Assembly: GCA_050331735.1 (NCBI GenBank)
Contig: JBHJGN010000006.1
Span: 41,856-105,855, forward strand
Length of the DNA: 64,000 nucleotides
Reading direction: 5' to 3'
Source: Cyanophyceae cyanobacterium
Lineage (GTDB): Bacteria; Cyanobacteriota; Cyanobacteriia; Cyanobacteriales; JBHJGN01
Shown here: piece after piece, positions 29,361 through 39,207 of the stretch
Layout of the letters: every line of letters starts with the position of its first letter
How positions within the stretch are numbered: the first letter of the stretch is position 1
Position numbers and translations under genes: made by a program
The notes under the pieces: generated by a model
The model's database searches: none
What the model was told of the DNA's origin: nothing
What the model saw: only the letters and a program-made list of their open reading frames with translations

Positions 29361-29639
29361 TTAATAATAGAAAGCAATTTCTTTCTCTTTCAAAGGTTTA
29401 AAATCTGCGTCGATCAGCATCTGATTCAATTCATCTTTAGGAAGATGCTTAGCTCCAATGCGGACAATTCGAGAGCGCATGGTGTTTGTGACCCCGCTTC
29501 GCTGACGTTGGGCTTCTAATGCCATCACTTTGTTGTACAGTTCTAGCTTAGCCGGGGGAATCGGGGTTCCATCCAAATCGAGCCCCTGAGCGATCGCGGC
29601 ATCAACCGCATCTGCACCAGGATTAGCAGGCAAACTCAT
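29361..29639 (-). CDS. DUF4090 / Ssr1528-family small protein
   Basis: GADAVDAAIAQG.DLDGTPIP...LEAQRQRSGVTNTMRSRIVRIGAKH...KEKEIAFY. Confidence 0.85.
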   Translation of the reverse strand: MSLPANPGADAVDAAIAQGLDLDGTPIPPAKLELYNKVMALEAQRQRSGVTNTMRSRIVRIGAKHLPKDELNQMLIDADFKPLKEKEIAFYY

Positions 29640-29728
29640 AGAAATAAAAAGTTGGGAGAAATATGACTTGAGCTATTGTATCAGCAGAGGCGGTTCTTCA
29701 AGGCAGTCAGTTAGTTTGTCTACTGTTT

Positions 29729-30427
29729 TCAAGAAAACATTTTTTTTACGTAAATAGGCAGCACCGAGAGAAGCACCAACAGTCCCAGGGCGAGGAAAAA
29801 CGGCAGGCGATCACCTCCTTGAATAGCCGCACTGCCGCTAACTCCTAGCCAGGTATAGGCAAAGGTTCCTGGGATAATGCCGATGAGGGTTGCGAACGAA
29901 TAGGGAAGCCAATGGATCGGTGTCAGTCCAAAGGCAAAATTGATCGCGTTAAAGGGAGTGATGGGAACAAAGCGCACGGCGAGGACAAAGGAGAAAGGAT
30001 AGCGGCGGACGGCTTGCTTAAACTTGATTAGCATCGGTTGCTGGCCAAATCTCTTCTCGATCCAGTCGTGGAGAAGATAACGAGCCGTCCAAAAAGCCCC
30101 CATCGCTCCTAACGTCGCGCCAAGCACCGACCACAGGGTTCCCCAAGCCAACCCAAACACCACGCCGCCTGCAATGGTCAGAATGGTGCCGGGGACTCCT
30201 GCAACCGTAATCACTGTGTAAATCAGGATAAACAGAATGGCAGCACAGCAGGCGAACATATCTAGCTGTTCGACCAGAAAATCTTGATTAAACAAGACCT
30301 TCAGGGGGCCTACCGTGAGCAGTAAGGCAAAGGTAAACAGAGCGATCGCGCTCCAGAATCTGTGGCTTTTACAGGCTTTGAGGCAGGTAAGGCTCAGTTG
30401 TTTAAACGGAGGTGGCTTTATCTTCAT
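29729..30427 (-). CDS. TVP38/TMEM64 (DedA/VTT) family membrane protein
   Basis: VPGTILTIAGGVVFG, RFVPITPFNAINFAFGLT, GIIPGT; likely start MKIKPP at 30427. Confidence 0.9.
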   Translation of the reverse strand: MKIKPPPFKQLSLTCLKACKSHRFWSAIALFTFALLLTVGPLKVLFNQDFLVEQLDMFACCAAILFILIYTVITVAGVPGTILTIAGGVVFGLAWGTLWSVLGATLGAMGAFWTARYLLHDWIEKRFGQQPMLIKFKQAVRRYPFSFVLAVRFVPITPFNAINFAFGLTPIHWLPYSFATLIGIIPGTFAYTWLGVSGSAAIQGGDRLPFFLALGLLVLLSVLPIYVKKMFS

Positions 30428-31172
30428 CGAACCCAGAGCTGCTTTCCTGGTCAATCTCGCTATCTAAGGCTTTTCTGGCTACCTTAGTGACGTAGAGAGT
30501 CACGGCAACGGTGGCCACAAAACCGACAATGCGAATCACCCACTGGACGGTACTCGCCTGCTCGCCTTCTGGAACTCCCCCAGTAGCCAAGCTAGCCAGG
30601 TTGCCCGCCAAAGAACCGAGATAGACATACATCACCGTTCCCGGCATCATGCCAATCCAGGAGGCGAAGAAGAAGTCTCTCAACGAAACTTGGGTGACTC
30701 CATAGGCATAGTTGAGAAACACGTAAGGAAACACCGGAGAAAGCCGCGTTAAGCCGACAATTTTCCAGCCTTCTCTCGCTACGGCGGAGTCGATGGCCCC
30801 AAATTTGGGGCGATTTTCGATCTGTTTAGCGACCCATCCCCTCACAAAGTATCGTCCAATCAAAAACGCAGCGGTTGCGCCTAGAGTGGCGGCAATGGAA
30901 ACATAAATAGACCCCTGAATGACCCCAAACAGAACACCTGCTCCTAAAGTGAGTAAAGCCCCCGATACGAGGAGCACAGCCGCCACAATGTAGATAGCAA
31001 TGAAGATCGTCGGACCCCAGGAACCCAAGCTATCGATCCACTGAAGGGTATTCTGCAAGGCACTGTTAATGACGTCGGCAATTCCTAACATTTTTGCGAG
31101 CACAATTATTCCAGCGACCACGACAGCAACGACGAGCCACTTCAGAATCGAGTTTTTCTTAGTTCGTGTCAT
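30402..31172 (-). CDS. TVP38/TMEM64 (DedA/VTT) family membrane protein
   Basis: LTLGAGVLFG, TRLSPVFPYVFLNYAYG, WIGMMPGT. Confidence 0.92.
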   Translation of the reverse strand: MTRTKKNSILKWLVVAVVVAGIIVLAKMLGIADVINSALQNTLQWIDSLGSWGPTIFIAIYIVAAVLLVSGALLTLGAGVLFGVIQGSIYVSIAATLGATAAFLIGRYFVRGWVAKQIENRPKFGAIDSAVAREGWKIVGLTRLSPVFPYVFLNYAYGVTQVSLRDFFFASWIGMMPGTVMYVYLGSLAGNLASLATGGVPEGEQASTVQWVIRIVGFVATVAVTLYVTKVARKALDSEIDQESSSGFDEDKATSV

Positions 31173-31202
31173 GGGTTTGTTCTCCTTAATTGGGGTGAGG
31201 AC

Positions 31203-32210
31203 TTAGACTAAAGAACCGCCACAGCTAGAGCCGCTGCCAGCCGTACAGCCGTAGCAATAGGGGGCTGTTTTGACTTCCTGAATTAAATCAAGACTGCCAG
31301 CCTCCAGTAGCTTTTGCACCGTTAACGTTTCGCCACTGGCCATTGTGGCCGGAACGTTTTCCATCTGGTTAAAGTCACAGTCATAGATGTTTCCCCGGTA
31401 GTCGATAGAAAGCTCATTGCGACACATTAAGTGGGGGACTGTTCCGGAGTTGTAGTAAGTTTCTAAAAACTTGAGATAGGGAACATACAGCTCTTTATAT
31501 TGGAGGTACTGTTTCACTCTGCCTATCGGTAAGTTTGTAATAGTAAAGAGGCGATTGAACACAATATCAAAGTTTTCTTTCAGGAACTGCTTGTAATCTT
31601 GCTCCAGCTTGCCTTGGTCCGGGGTCAGAGAAAAGTTTTCGTTTCTGGGAACCTGCGGGTTGTAAACCAGGTCGAGAGTTAAATCGGGGTCTTTCCCGTA
31701 GCCAAAGGCATTGAGGCGCTGAATGGCCCGAATCGAAGCCTGATAAACACCGGATCCTCTCTGTTTGTCTACGTTGTCTTCTAAGTAGCAGGGCAGTGAT
31801 GCCACTACTTTGAGCCGATGTTTGGCACAGTATGCGGGTAGGTCTTCAAACCCTGACTCAAAGTAAATCGTAAGATTAGAGCGCACAATGACTTCTTTCC
31901 CCGCTTGTCTCGCCGCTTCTGCTAGGGGTCTGAAACCGTAGTTCATTTCCGGCGCACCGCCGGTTAAATCGACGGTTTGAATCTGCCCAAAGCGATTGAT
32001 TATCTCAATCAACTGGTCACAAATTTGGGGCGATAGTTCTTCAGTGCGTTTGGGTCCGGCTTCTACATGGCAGTGAGTACAGGCAAGATTGCAGCGTTTA
32101 CCTAAATTAATTTGCAGAACGGTGATGGAATTTTTAGCTAGAGGAGTCCCCAATTTATGAAGAAACGGAGTGACTTGCTCAGCATTCGTTTTTGTAGGAG
32201 ATTGAACCAT
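31203..32210 (-). CDS. arsS: Arsenosugar biosynthesis radical SAM protein ArsS
   Basis: LQINLGKRCNLACTHCHVEAGP (CxxxCxxC), DLTGGAPE, YDCDFNQM, CYGCTAGSGSSCGG; start MVQSP at 32210. Confidence 0.88.
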   Translation of the reverse strand: MVQSPTKTNAEQVTPFLHKLGTPLAKNSITVLQINLGKRCNLACTHCHVEAGPKRTEELSPQICDQLIEIINRFGQIQTVDLTGGAPEMNYGFRPLAEAARQAGKEVIVRSNLTIYFESGFEDLPAYCAKHRLKVVASLPCYLEDNVDKQRGSGVYQASIRAIQRLNAFGYGKDPDLTLDLVYNPQVPRNENFSLTPDQGKLEQDYKQFLKENFDIVFNRLFTITNLPIGRVKQYLQYKELYVPYLKFLETYYNSGTVPHLMCRNELSIDYRGNIYDCDFNQMENVPATMASGETLTVQKLLEAGSLDLIQEVKTAPYCYGCTAGSGSSCGGSLV

Positions 32211-32289
32211 TGTTTTTTCTATTGTTCGTGGTGGTAGAGCGCTCTCACGCACGGTTTTTAAAGCCTCAGAGAGCGCCCATCTTCAGAGA

Positions 32290-33486
32290 TTAGCAACATT
32301 CTCCTGAACGACAGCCGCCGATTTCATCCCCTATAGAAGTAACTTGGTAGCTATCTCCTTTTGTTTCCCTTGGGTGACGGATTTTGGTTCCGTTAAAGGT
32401 GGCCGCTGACTCCAGAGGAATATCTTCATAGGGAGGAACGGCAATGATGTCTTGCGCGTAGGGGCCTTGAGGATTGGTTAGAATCTGGTACGTTTTATCG
32501 CAAACTGCCATGCGTTCCCCGCGACGCAAGCTGTGACCATCATCATCGACAACCTGCTTCCAGGGGCCTTGATAAATGACTGCCTGGTGACGGTCTAAGC
32601 AGGGCCCTTCTTTGCCTTTAAAGGCCCGTATCGTCATCGACCGGAATTCGATGCCGTTGACGACCTGCCACGGTGTTTCCTCCCGCTTGAGAATTTCAAT
32701 TCCGTAAAATCCAGCCTCTACAAACATTTGGCTAAAAGCGTCTTCCCGAAAAGCCCCGGCAATACAGCCACTCCACAGGTCGGGATCGTTGAGCATCTCC
32801 GGAGTCGGGTCTTCGTCGCAGACAATATCGGAAATCACAGCCCGTCCGCCTCGCTTGAGGACGCGGAAAATTTCTCCAAAGAGCTGCTGCTTATCTTGGG
32901 GACGCACTAAATTCAGAACGCAGTTGGAAATGACAACATCAACGCTGCTGTCCGGGATCAGGGGGGCTTGGAAGCGCAGGCGATCGCACTCTGCCTCAAA
33001 AACTCCCATTTGCTCGACAGAGGTGACTGGATTGGCTCTTAACCAAGCTTCGACCTGCTCTAGATCTAGCTTGAGGTCTTGAATTTTTCCCTTGACAAAT
33101 TTCGTATTGCCGTATCTCAATTTTGTCCCGATCTCTTGCCGATACTTGCGAGCCAGCGAGAGCATCTCATCGTTAAAATCAACGCCGATGACGCTGCCCG
33201 TTGCTCCCACTTTTTGTGCTAAAATATAGCAATTTTTTCCGGCTCCAGACCCCAAATCAACCACGGTTTCTCCTTCCCTGACGTAACGAGTGGGATCGCC
33301 ACAGCCGTAGTCTTTCTCGATAATCTCTGCTGGAAGTCGTTCGAGATAATTTCCTTCATACTCAGTGGGGCAACATAAGCTAGGCTGTTGCTGCTGTGCT
33401 CCCGCTTTGTATCGTTCGAGCACAGCATCCTCAACGCTGTAGACTTGGGGGCTATTCGTATTCTGCTGACTGGTAATATTGTTCAC
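32290..33486 (-). CDS. Arsenite methyltransferase (ArsM/AS3MT)-like SAM methyltransferase
   Basis: LCCP, DYGCGDP, DLGSGAG, ISNCVLNL, WSGCIAGA, AVCDKT and terminal CC; directly upstream of arsS. Confidence 0.8.
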   Translation of the reverse strand: MNNITSQQNTNSPQVYSVEDAVLERYKAGAQQQQPSLCCPTEYEGNYLERLPAEIIEKDYGCGDPTRYVREGETVVDLGSGAGKNCYILAQKVGATGSVIGVDFNDEMLSLARKYRQEIGTKLRYGNTKFVKGKIQDLKLDLEQVEAWLRANPVTSVEQMGVFEAECDRLRFQAPLIPDSSVDVVISNCVLNLVRPQDKQQLFGEIFRVLKRGGRAVISDIVCDEDPTPEMLNDPDLWSGCIAGAFREDAFSQMFVEAGFYGIEILKREETPWQVVNGIEFRSMTIRAFKGKEGPCLDRHQAVIYQGPWKQVVDDDGHSLRRGERMAVCDKTYQILTNPQGPYAQDIIAVPPYEDIPLESAATFNGTKIRHPRETKGDSYQVTSIGDEIGGCRSGECC

Positions 33487-33919
33487 AGCTATCCTTTTTC
33501 TCTAGTTGGGTACGCTTGCTCACGACGGGAAAACTGCTGCTGTAGTACCCGCTGGTCAGTTACCAGTTTGACTCTTTTCAAACCTGAGTACCAAAATTAT
33601 TTAAGCGACGGTAAATTAGTTTTTCCTGAGAAAAAGCTGTGTTTTTACTCAAAGTTCCGCCGGAAAAGGTACTATTCGAGAATCCCTCTAGGAAACCGGC
33701 GGCTGCTTTGAGCCAGCTCAATGACAGAAAAATTTTAGGAGACTAGTCGCGTTATCGCCCTCTTCATTCAGCCATGTCTTCGAGAACCTACGGCTAGTAA
33801 TCAGTCGTTTGAGAAAGTGTTTTAGTGTCCAAGGAATTAGAAAAGGGGAAACAGGAAACGGAGTTGCTAATAATCTCTATTAGATTTCTACAGCTTCGTT
33901 TATCTTTGTAGCGCTATAT

Positions 33920-35488
33920 TTATGGCTTTAGCAAATATAAATAGTAATCGCCTTCATAGAAAGAAATACTTGTTTTAAAATCTTTTAATTTGGTAATTTT
34001 TAAATCAAAATCCGAAAAATCTATGTCTTTCTGGAGAAGAATGAGCACTTCTTTGTTCTCCTGAACCTGTATTTCTTTCATTTTTCCTATGAAGTGCTCT
34101 AAGGTTCTATTTTTTTGCTTTTGTTTTCTTGCTTTATTCCAAATCAAGTAAGTTCCGTATCGCTCAATATTATAAAAATATATTTCCTTGTTCAAATAAG
34201 CAGACAACGACGCAAAAGGAAAGTCACGAATGCCAACAACTACAGCATTTTCTAAGTCGTTATCTTTAATATAGTCAGCAACTTTTTGATTAACAGAAAA
34301 AGGCTGGACTAAATCTTTTGCATAAGCAAAAATTCCGCTAAAAAGTTGCAAACAAAGAATAGAAGACAAGAAAAAGCTTTGATACTTTTCTATGCCCCGA
34401 ACTTCTGTTTTCCGCAAACGAGAGCGATTTCTAAGGCAACTGTTTAATAGCCAATAGCAGGCCAAGCTCAGAACAAACAAATAACCGACATGACGCACTC
34501 TTGTAGCAGCAGATATTGTGTGCATAAATAGCAGCATGAGGCCAGTTCCAAAGCTATATAAGAAAAAAACCGTTGGGTGTTTTCTAAAGAAAACTGCTAG
34601 AAAGGCAATAATCCCTAGTGAAACCAAAACAACTCCAACCTTACCTGCCAGCGGAAATGCTGAGGCGATATTCCTATTCCAAAACTCGTATTCTAAAAAG
34701 TAGGGAATAGGAATAAAGCTTTTCCAGATCAAAAATAGTGTCTTCGCCAGTTTGACGATATTAGCTAATACTAAGTCTACTAGAGTGTCACCCAATCTAG
34801 TATTAGCAGTTAAGTTCTGCAATTCTCCGCCAATTTTTCCGTAAGGCCGATCGGCAGGAGGCATAATTTGATAAACTGCTGAGGCCATTCCTAAAATTGC
34901 TAGATACAAACCAGTAGCAAACTGCCAATTTGTCTTTGTACACCAAGGCTTTTGAGGGTAAAAAATGTGTTCAAAGAGCAGTGTTGCTGCCAATGAAATA
35001 GCAACAAGCAACGCTATAATATTTGTATTTGCCAGCACGGCAATCATTAGAAATAGCACGAGATAGTTTCGTTTAGGAAATAAAGCACAAAAGATAAAAA
35101 TGAATAAAACACCTAGTCCATAGTTTCTACTGATAACAGCGTATTCATAGAACGGAAAGTAGCTGAAAGTAAACAAAAATTTTTGAGCTTTACTGAATGG
35201 GGAGAAGCCAACAAAAATATAAATTGTTAGAGTAGCAATTCCTAAATGGAATAGCTGCATGCTGATAGGATTATGGGTCAACCGACTAATTAAATGTAGA
35301 AACAGATGCCATAGTCCCGGCTGACCTTCGTATTTTAAGTTTCTGAATAAGTCTGCTATAGACTGGCTATCTCTAGCAATCAACCATGCCTGGAGTTCGT
35401 CAAACCACATCTCATGTCTTAAAACACCAATTAATCCCAGAATAAAGAAAACAGACGTTAGCACTCTTGTAAGAGTTTTGTCGCTCAT
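33920..35488 (-). CDS. Polytopic membrane protein, GT-C-like glycosyltransferase candidate (paralog 1)
   Basis: HEMWFDELQAWLIARDS...YEGQPGLWH, FYEYAVISRNY; many TM helices; acidic DE in first loop. Confidence 0.65.
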   Translation of the reverse strand: MSDKTLTRVLTSVFFILGLIGVLRHEMWFDELQAWLIARDSQSIADLFRNLKYEGQPGLWHLFLHLISRLTHNPISMQLFHLGIATLTIYIFVGFSPFSKAQKFLFTFSYFPFYEYAVISRNYGLGVLFIFIFCALFPKRNYLVLFLMIAVLANTNIIALLVAISLAATLLFEHIFYPQKPWCTKTNWQFATGLYLAILGMASAVYQIMPPADRPYGKIGGELQNLTANTRLGDTLVDLVLANIVKLAKTLFLIWKSFIPIPYFLEYEFWNRNIASAFPLAGKVGVVLVSLGIIAFLAVFFRKHPTVFFLYSFGTGLMLLFMHTISAATRVRHVGYLFVLSLACYWLLNSCLRNRSRLRKTEVRGIEKYQSFFLSSILCLQLFSGIFAYAKDLVQPFSVNQKVADYIKDNDLENAVVVGIRDFPFASLSAYLNKEIYFYNIERYGTYLIWNKARKQKQKNRTLEHFIGKMKEIQVQENKEVLILLQKDIDFSDFDLKITKLKDFKTSISFYEGDYYLYLLKP

Positions 35489-35569
35489 ACAAACTGACGT
35501 GATTTTTGGCCAAAGGGTAGATTAACAGCTTAAGGTAAAAAACGGCGAGATCGCCTTCCATCTTTACTG

Positions 35570-35603
35570 CCTTGACTCTAGTAGAACCTTGACTCTAGTA
35601 GAA
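35570..35603. repeat. Perfect 17-bp tandem duplication
   Basis: CCTTGACTCTAGTAGAA x2. Confidence 0.9.
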
Positions 35604-36103
35604 CAACGTGAGCTTAGCGACTATTGGCTAAGCCAGGTGTTCCTCCAAAACAGTACCCTCAATGTTACACAATTAGCAAACTATTAATAGCTGTTTGTGC
35701 TGAGGGACGAAAAACTGACTGATACCAGACATCTCAAGCCTCTTTTCTTCTTCCTTGTCAAACCTTGCTACCGAGGACTGAGCTGGAATCGAGTCCGGTA
35801 TTTCCGAAGACGCTACGCGAACACAAGCCTTGGTGAATTCCGCACCACCTGCCTCCTGCCTCGCCTAATTTATAAGGAGGGGGATCTAAACTGGGTTGGA
35901 TACGAGATGTTTTCTGGAAGTCAACTGCGGGGATTCCCCCGCGCACACAATTAGGCAAAATAAGTACAGTGGCTCGCTCGGCCAATCCAAACGCTCCCTA
36001 TACCCCTGAATGAAATTAGACCCCCGCCCGACTTTAAAACCCGAACAATAACTGACAACCGGCGAATGATGAATGATCCGTCTGCTTTCCTGCCTAAAGT
36101 TCC

Positions 36104-37762
36104 TCAGTCTGGTTCATTCAACTTCAGGGGTGTTGCTCTCGCCAAATAAACATTAAAGTCTTCGCTGTAAACAATACTTCCCTCAAATTGGGCCAACTTT
36201 TCAACCCGCATATCGGTAGTAACTATTGGAATGCGCTCAAGTTCGTAGTTAAGAACTATCAACACCTCTGTATTTCCTGCTTGAAACAGATTACGAGTAG
36301 CCTGCAAGACGGCTTCTGTTTCCTGCTTCTCTTCTTTCCACTCTTGCCAAAAACTGCCAAACTCGTTGTTGGTTAAGTAGTAAATTTGTTTATCTAAATA
36401 ACCAGATAAAGTAGATACCCCCCGCGAGGTTGCGCCCACAATCGGTAAATCCTGATAGCCTCGCGCTTGAATATAGTTGGCGGTATCTTTGCTCATGGAA
36501 AAAGCATGTCGCAAATCCATACCGTACGCGTAAACGCCAGCGGCGACATGGAGCACAAGCATGACTGTAAAAAGCTTGCGTCCGAGTCCTCGAAGGCGCT
36601 TCTGCCAATTCTGTAGCTGAGGAGTCTGATAGGTTTTAACAAACGGAGCTAGCCACAGACAAACCACTAACACAATAAATAAATGGCCGTAGTGTCTGAT
36701 GCCGCCGCCATGAACAAAATAATAGAAGAAAATGTTACTGAAAGTGCCAAATAAATAGGTAAATAGAATTGTTGGTTTATGGCTTAGTAGATTGGCTACA
36801 GCAATTAAAATTGCTATCGATAAGATGTAACTTAAAAGAGAACCTGCTGAATAATCTAGTATTTTAGGGAAAATAACTTGGCTACTAAAGATGCTGGTAT
36901 TCCAAAACTTGTGCTCGAAGATATCTGGAATTGGTATGTAGCTTTCAACAATATATGCTACAACGCCCGCAAATCTTTTCAGTTCTTGAAAAAGACTGGC
37001 TTCCCAAATAGTGTCTTGCCCAATCGAACTAACGGGACGAGCAATCGAAAGAGACCGAAGAGGACGGCTAGTTTGTATTAACGAGAGTCCCCATCCAGCT
37101 AAGACGATTAGACAACCAATAGCTAAACGCCACCGCTGTTGCCGGGATGAAGTCGACTCTTCGCTTAGATAGAAATCCAGCAACAGAGTCAACGCCAGGG
37201 TAATGCTCAAAATCAAGGCAAAAACATTGGTATTAGCGAGTAAGGCTAAGACGAGCGCGGTCAATAAACAATGGTTCTTGCGCTGAGGAAAAAGCGTACA
37301 AAACCAAAAGACCAGTAAAATGCCAATTCCATAGTTTCGGCTCACAATTGAGTATTCGTAGAAGAAGAAATACCCAAAGGCAAGCAACGCTCTATTGACT
37401 AACGAAAACGGAGCAAACTTGACGAGTAAGCTGGTAGTCCCTGTCGCTATCAGGATGTGAAAAATCTGCATGCTCAGTGGATTAGAAGTCCACCGACTGA
37501 GGCAATAGAGACATAAATGCCAAAGCCCGGGATGCCCTTCGTGTCTTAAATTCTGATAGAGTTCGACGACAGATGAACTATCTCTCGCCAACAGCCAAGC
37601 CTGCAGTTCATCTCTCCACATCTCGTGATGCAGAATGCCAACGAAGCTGAGGCCCAAAAAGCCCAGAATGATGAGCAGCTCAAAAGCGGCAGTGCTTTTG
37701 GCGCCAGAGAAGTGCTGGCGAACGAATGGGTCACGGAGATGCATCGTACACGTTAGCCACAA
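36104..37762 (-). CDS. Polytopic membrane protein, GT-C-like glycosyltransferase candidate (paralog 2; start uncertain)
   Basis: HEMWRDELQAWLLARDS...HEGHPGLWH, FYEYSIVSRNY, LANTN and RHYGHLF shared with paralog 1. Confidence 0.65.
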   Translation of the reverse strand: MWLTCTMHLRDPFVRQHFSGAKSTAAFELLIILGFLGLSFVGILHHEMWRDELQAWLLARDSSSVVELYQNLRHEGHPGLWHLCLYCLSRWTSNPLSMQIFHILIATGTTSLLVKFAPFSLVNRALLAFGYFFFYEYSIVSRNYGIGILLVFWFCTLFPQRKNHCLLTALVLALLANTNVFALILSITLALTLLLDFYLSEESTSSRQQRWRLAIGCLIVLAGWGLSLIQTSRPLRSLSIARPVSSIGQDTIWEASLFQELKRFAGVVAYIVESYIPIPDIFEHKFWNTSIFSSQVIFPKILDYSAGSLLSYILSIAILIAVANLLSHKPTILFTYLFGTFSNIFFYYFVHGGGIRHYGHLFIVLVVCLWLAPFVKTYQTPQLQNWQKRLRGLGRKLFTVMLVLHVAAGVYAYGMDLRHAFSMSKDTANYIQARGYQDLPIVGATSRGVSTLSGYLDKQIYYLTNNEFGSFWQEWKEEKQETEAVLQATRNLFQAGNTEVLIVLNYELERIPIVTTDMRVEKLAQFEGSIVYSEDFNVYLARATPLKLNEPD

Positions 37763-37855
37763 AAACGACTAGCTACAGAGATCTTAACCCTGATTTTTAA
37801 AGACTGCAAAGAGAGATGACTCTAAAAACATAGCTTTTGATTTAACTTGGTATTT

Positions 37856-38740
37856 TTAGCGAGATTTTGTCTCTTTTCTCATTTCCCAGAAAAAGCCTGC
37901 TGCGTTCGCTATTTGTGAGATCGCAAGCACCCCTGTTTGGACAAGTCCTTGTCTTCCTTGTCCGTTTCTAAACGGGTAACTCAACAACTTGATGTAGTAG
38001 TTTCCTTCGATTTGGAAATTGCCCCATCCTTTTAGGGAGCGCGTCTGGTGGAACCGAAATGCACCCTGTCCATAGCTAAAATGCTGTCGCCAAAAGCTGC
38101 GGAGATTCATGGGGTGAGCGTGATAAATAATAACTTCAGGAGCATACGTCATTTTGTAGCCCTGATGCAGCCAGCGATCGCAAAGTTCCCGGTCTTCTGA
38201 AGTGGTGAAGCTTTCGTCAAATCCTCCTAAAGCGCGGAACCGTTCTGCTGGCACCACCATGTTATTAGAGGCAAAGAAGCGAGCCTGGTCTGGAACAGCA
38301 TTGTAGTGTTCGTAACCCATGCTGATAATGTTCTGACTAGTTGCTGAAAAAGGATTGTTCGTGAGAGCATTAACGGTTCGTCCGCCAACAATGTCTTCTG
38401 GTGCTCGGGCAAAACGCGCTTCCAAGGCCTGTAACCAATCAGGGGCAGGAGTACAGTCGTCGTCGGTAAAGGCAAGATATTTGCCCTGAGCAGTTTGAGC
38501 CGCGTGATTGCGAGCTGCTGCGGGACCAGCATTATTTTGTCTCATTAATCGCAGAGGAAGCCGCTCCTGAAAAGGAGCGACAGCCGCATCATATGGCTCG
38601 CTACTGCCGTCGTCTACTACAATGACCTCAAAGCGATCGCGCGGGTACTCTAGACGGGTTAAAGACTGAAGGCAATTAACTAGCTGCTGAGGACGATTGT
38701 AGGAAGGAATGATCACCGAAAATAAAATAGGTTGATTCAT
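37856..38740 (-). CDS. GT2 family glycosyltransferase
   Basis: SVIIPSYNRP, VVDDGS, GPAAARN, FTDDD, GGFDESF..SED. Confidence 0.93.
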   Translation of the reverse strand: MNQPILFSVIIPSYNRPQQLVNCLQSLTRLEYPRDRFEVIVVDDGSSEPYDAAVAPFQERLPLRLMRQNNAGPAAARNHAAQTAQGKYLAFTDDDCTPAPDWLQALEARFARAPEDIVGGRTVNALTNNPFSATSQNIISMGYEHYNAVPDQARFFASNNMVVPAERFRALGGFDESFTTSEDRELCDRWLHQGYKMTYAPEVIIYHAHPMNLRSFWRQHFSYGQGAFRFHQTRSLKGWGNFQIEGNYYIKLLSYPFRNGQGRQGLVQTGVLAISQIANAAGFFWEMRKETKSR

Positions 38741-38836
38741 CTGCACTAAATCTACGCGTCTCTCTATTTTTTAGCCTGCTTAAAGCGATTTAGGTGTTAA
38801 TTTGATCGCTGAATTTTTGCCTGCTGCTGTGCCATG

Positions 38837-39185
38837 CTACTCTTCTCGGCTGGACACAACCGCTTCGATAATTTCTGGGATTGTTCTCTGCAAAGCTTTT
38901 TGGCTATCGTTGTGAGCAAAATACTGGTTCTGAAAGGGCTTGACCCCGTTCTCAAACTCCCAGACAAAAGTTTTGTCGGTGATCGCTCATCTTCAACATT
39001 AGCTCAAAATACTGTCGATGGCATGATGCTTGCTACGCTTAGTCAGCTTAAAGTTTAAGGGAGTTGCCAAAGACTCTATTTCCCAAATCTCTAGCCCAAT
39101 TTGCGGATTTAATCCGACTTTGGTATGGAATTAGGTCATCAATATTGTCAGCACCGTCAAAACAAGCAGAATAAACAGGCTTCAT
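38837..39185 (-). pseudogene. Probable relic 3' portion of a lost gene
   Basis: Protein-like minus-strand fragments MKPVYSACFDG...DDLIPY and AITDKTFVWEFENGVKPFQNQYFAHNDSQKALQRTIPEIIEAVVSSREE* separated by stops/frameshifts. Confidence 0.35.
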
Positions 39186-39207
39186 GCGACCACTGCTGCC
39201 TAGCTTG

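Noticed and set aside
31203..31260. Selenocysteine recoding in the ArsS C-terminus
   Set aside because: The motif is GSSCGG with a Cys codon; there is no in-frame TGA
35690..36060. GC-richer spacer between the GT-C-like paralogs as a transposase remnant or small gene
   Set aside because: No frame I translated gave a recognisable motif; needs BLASTX
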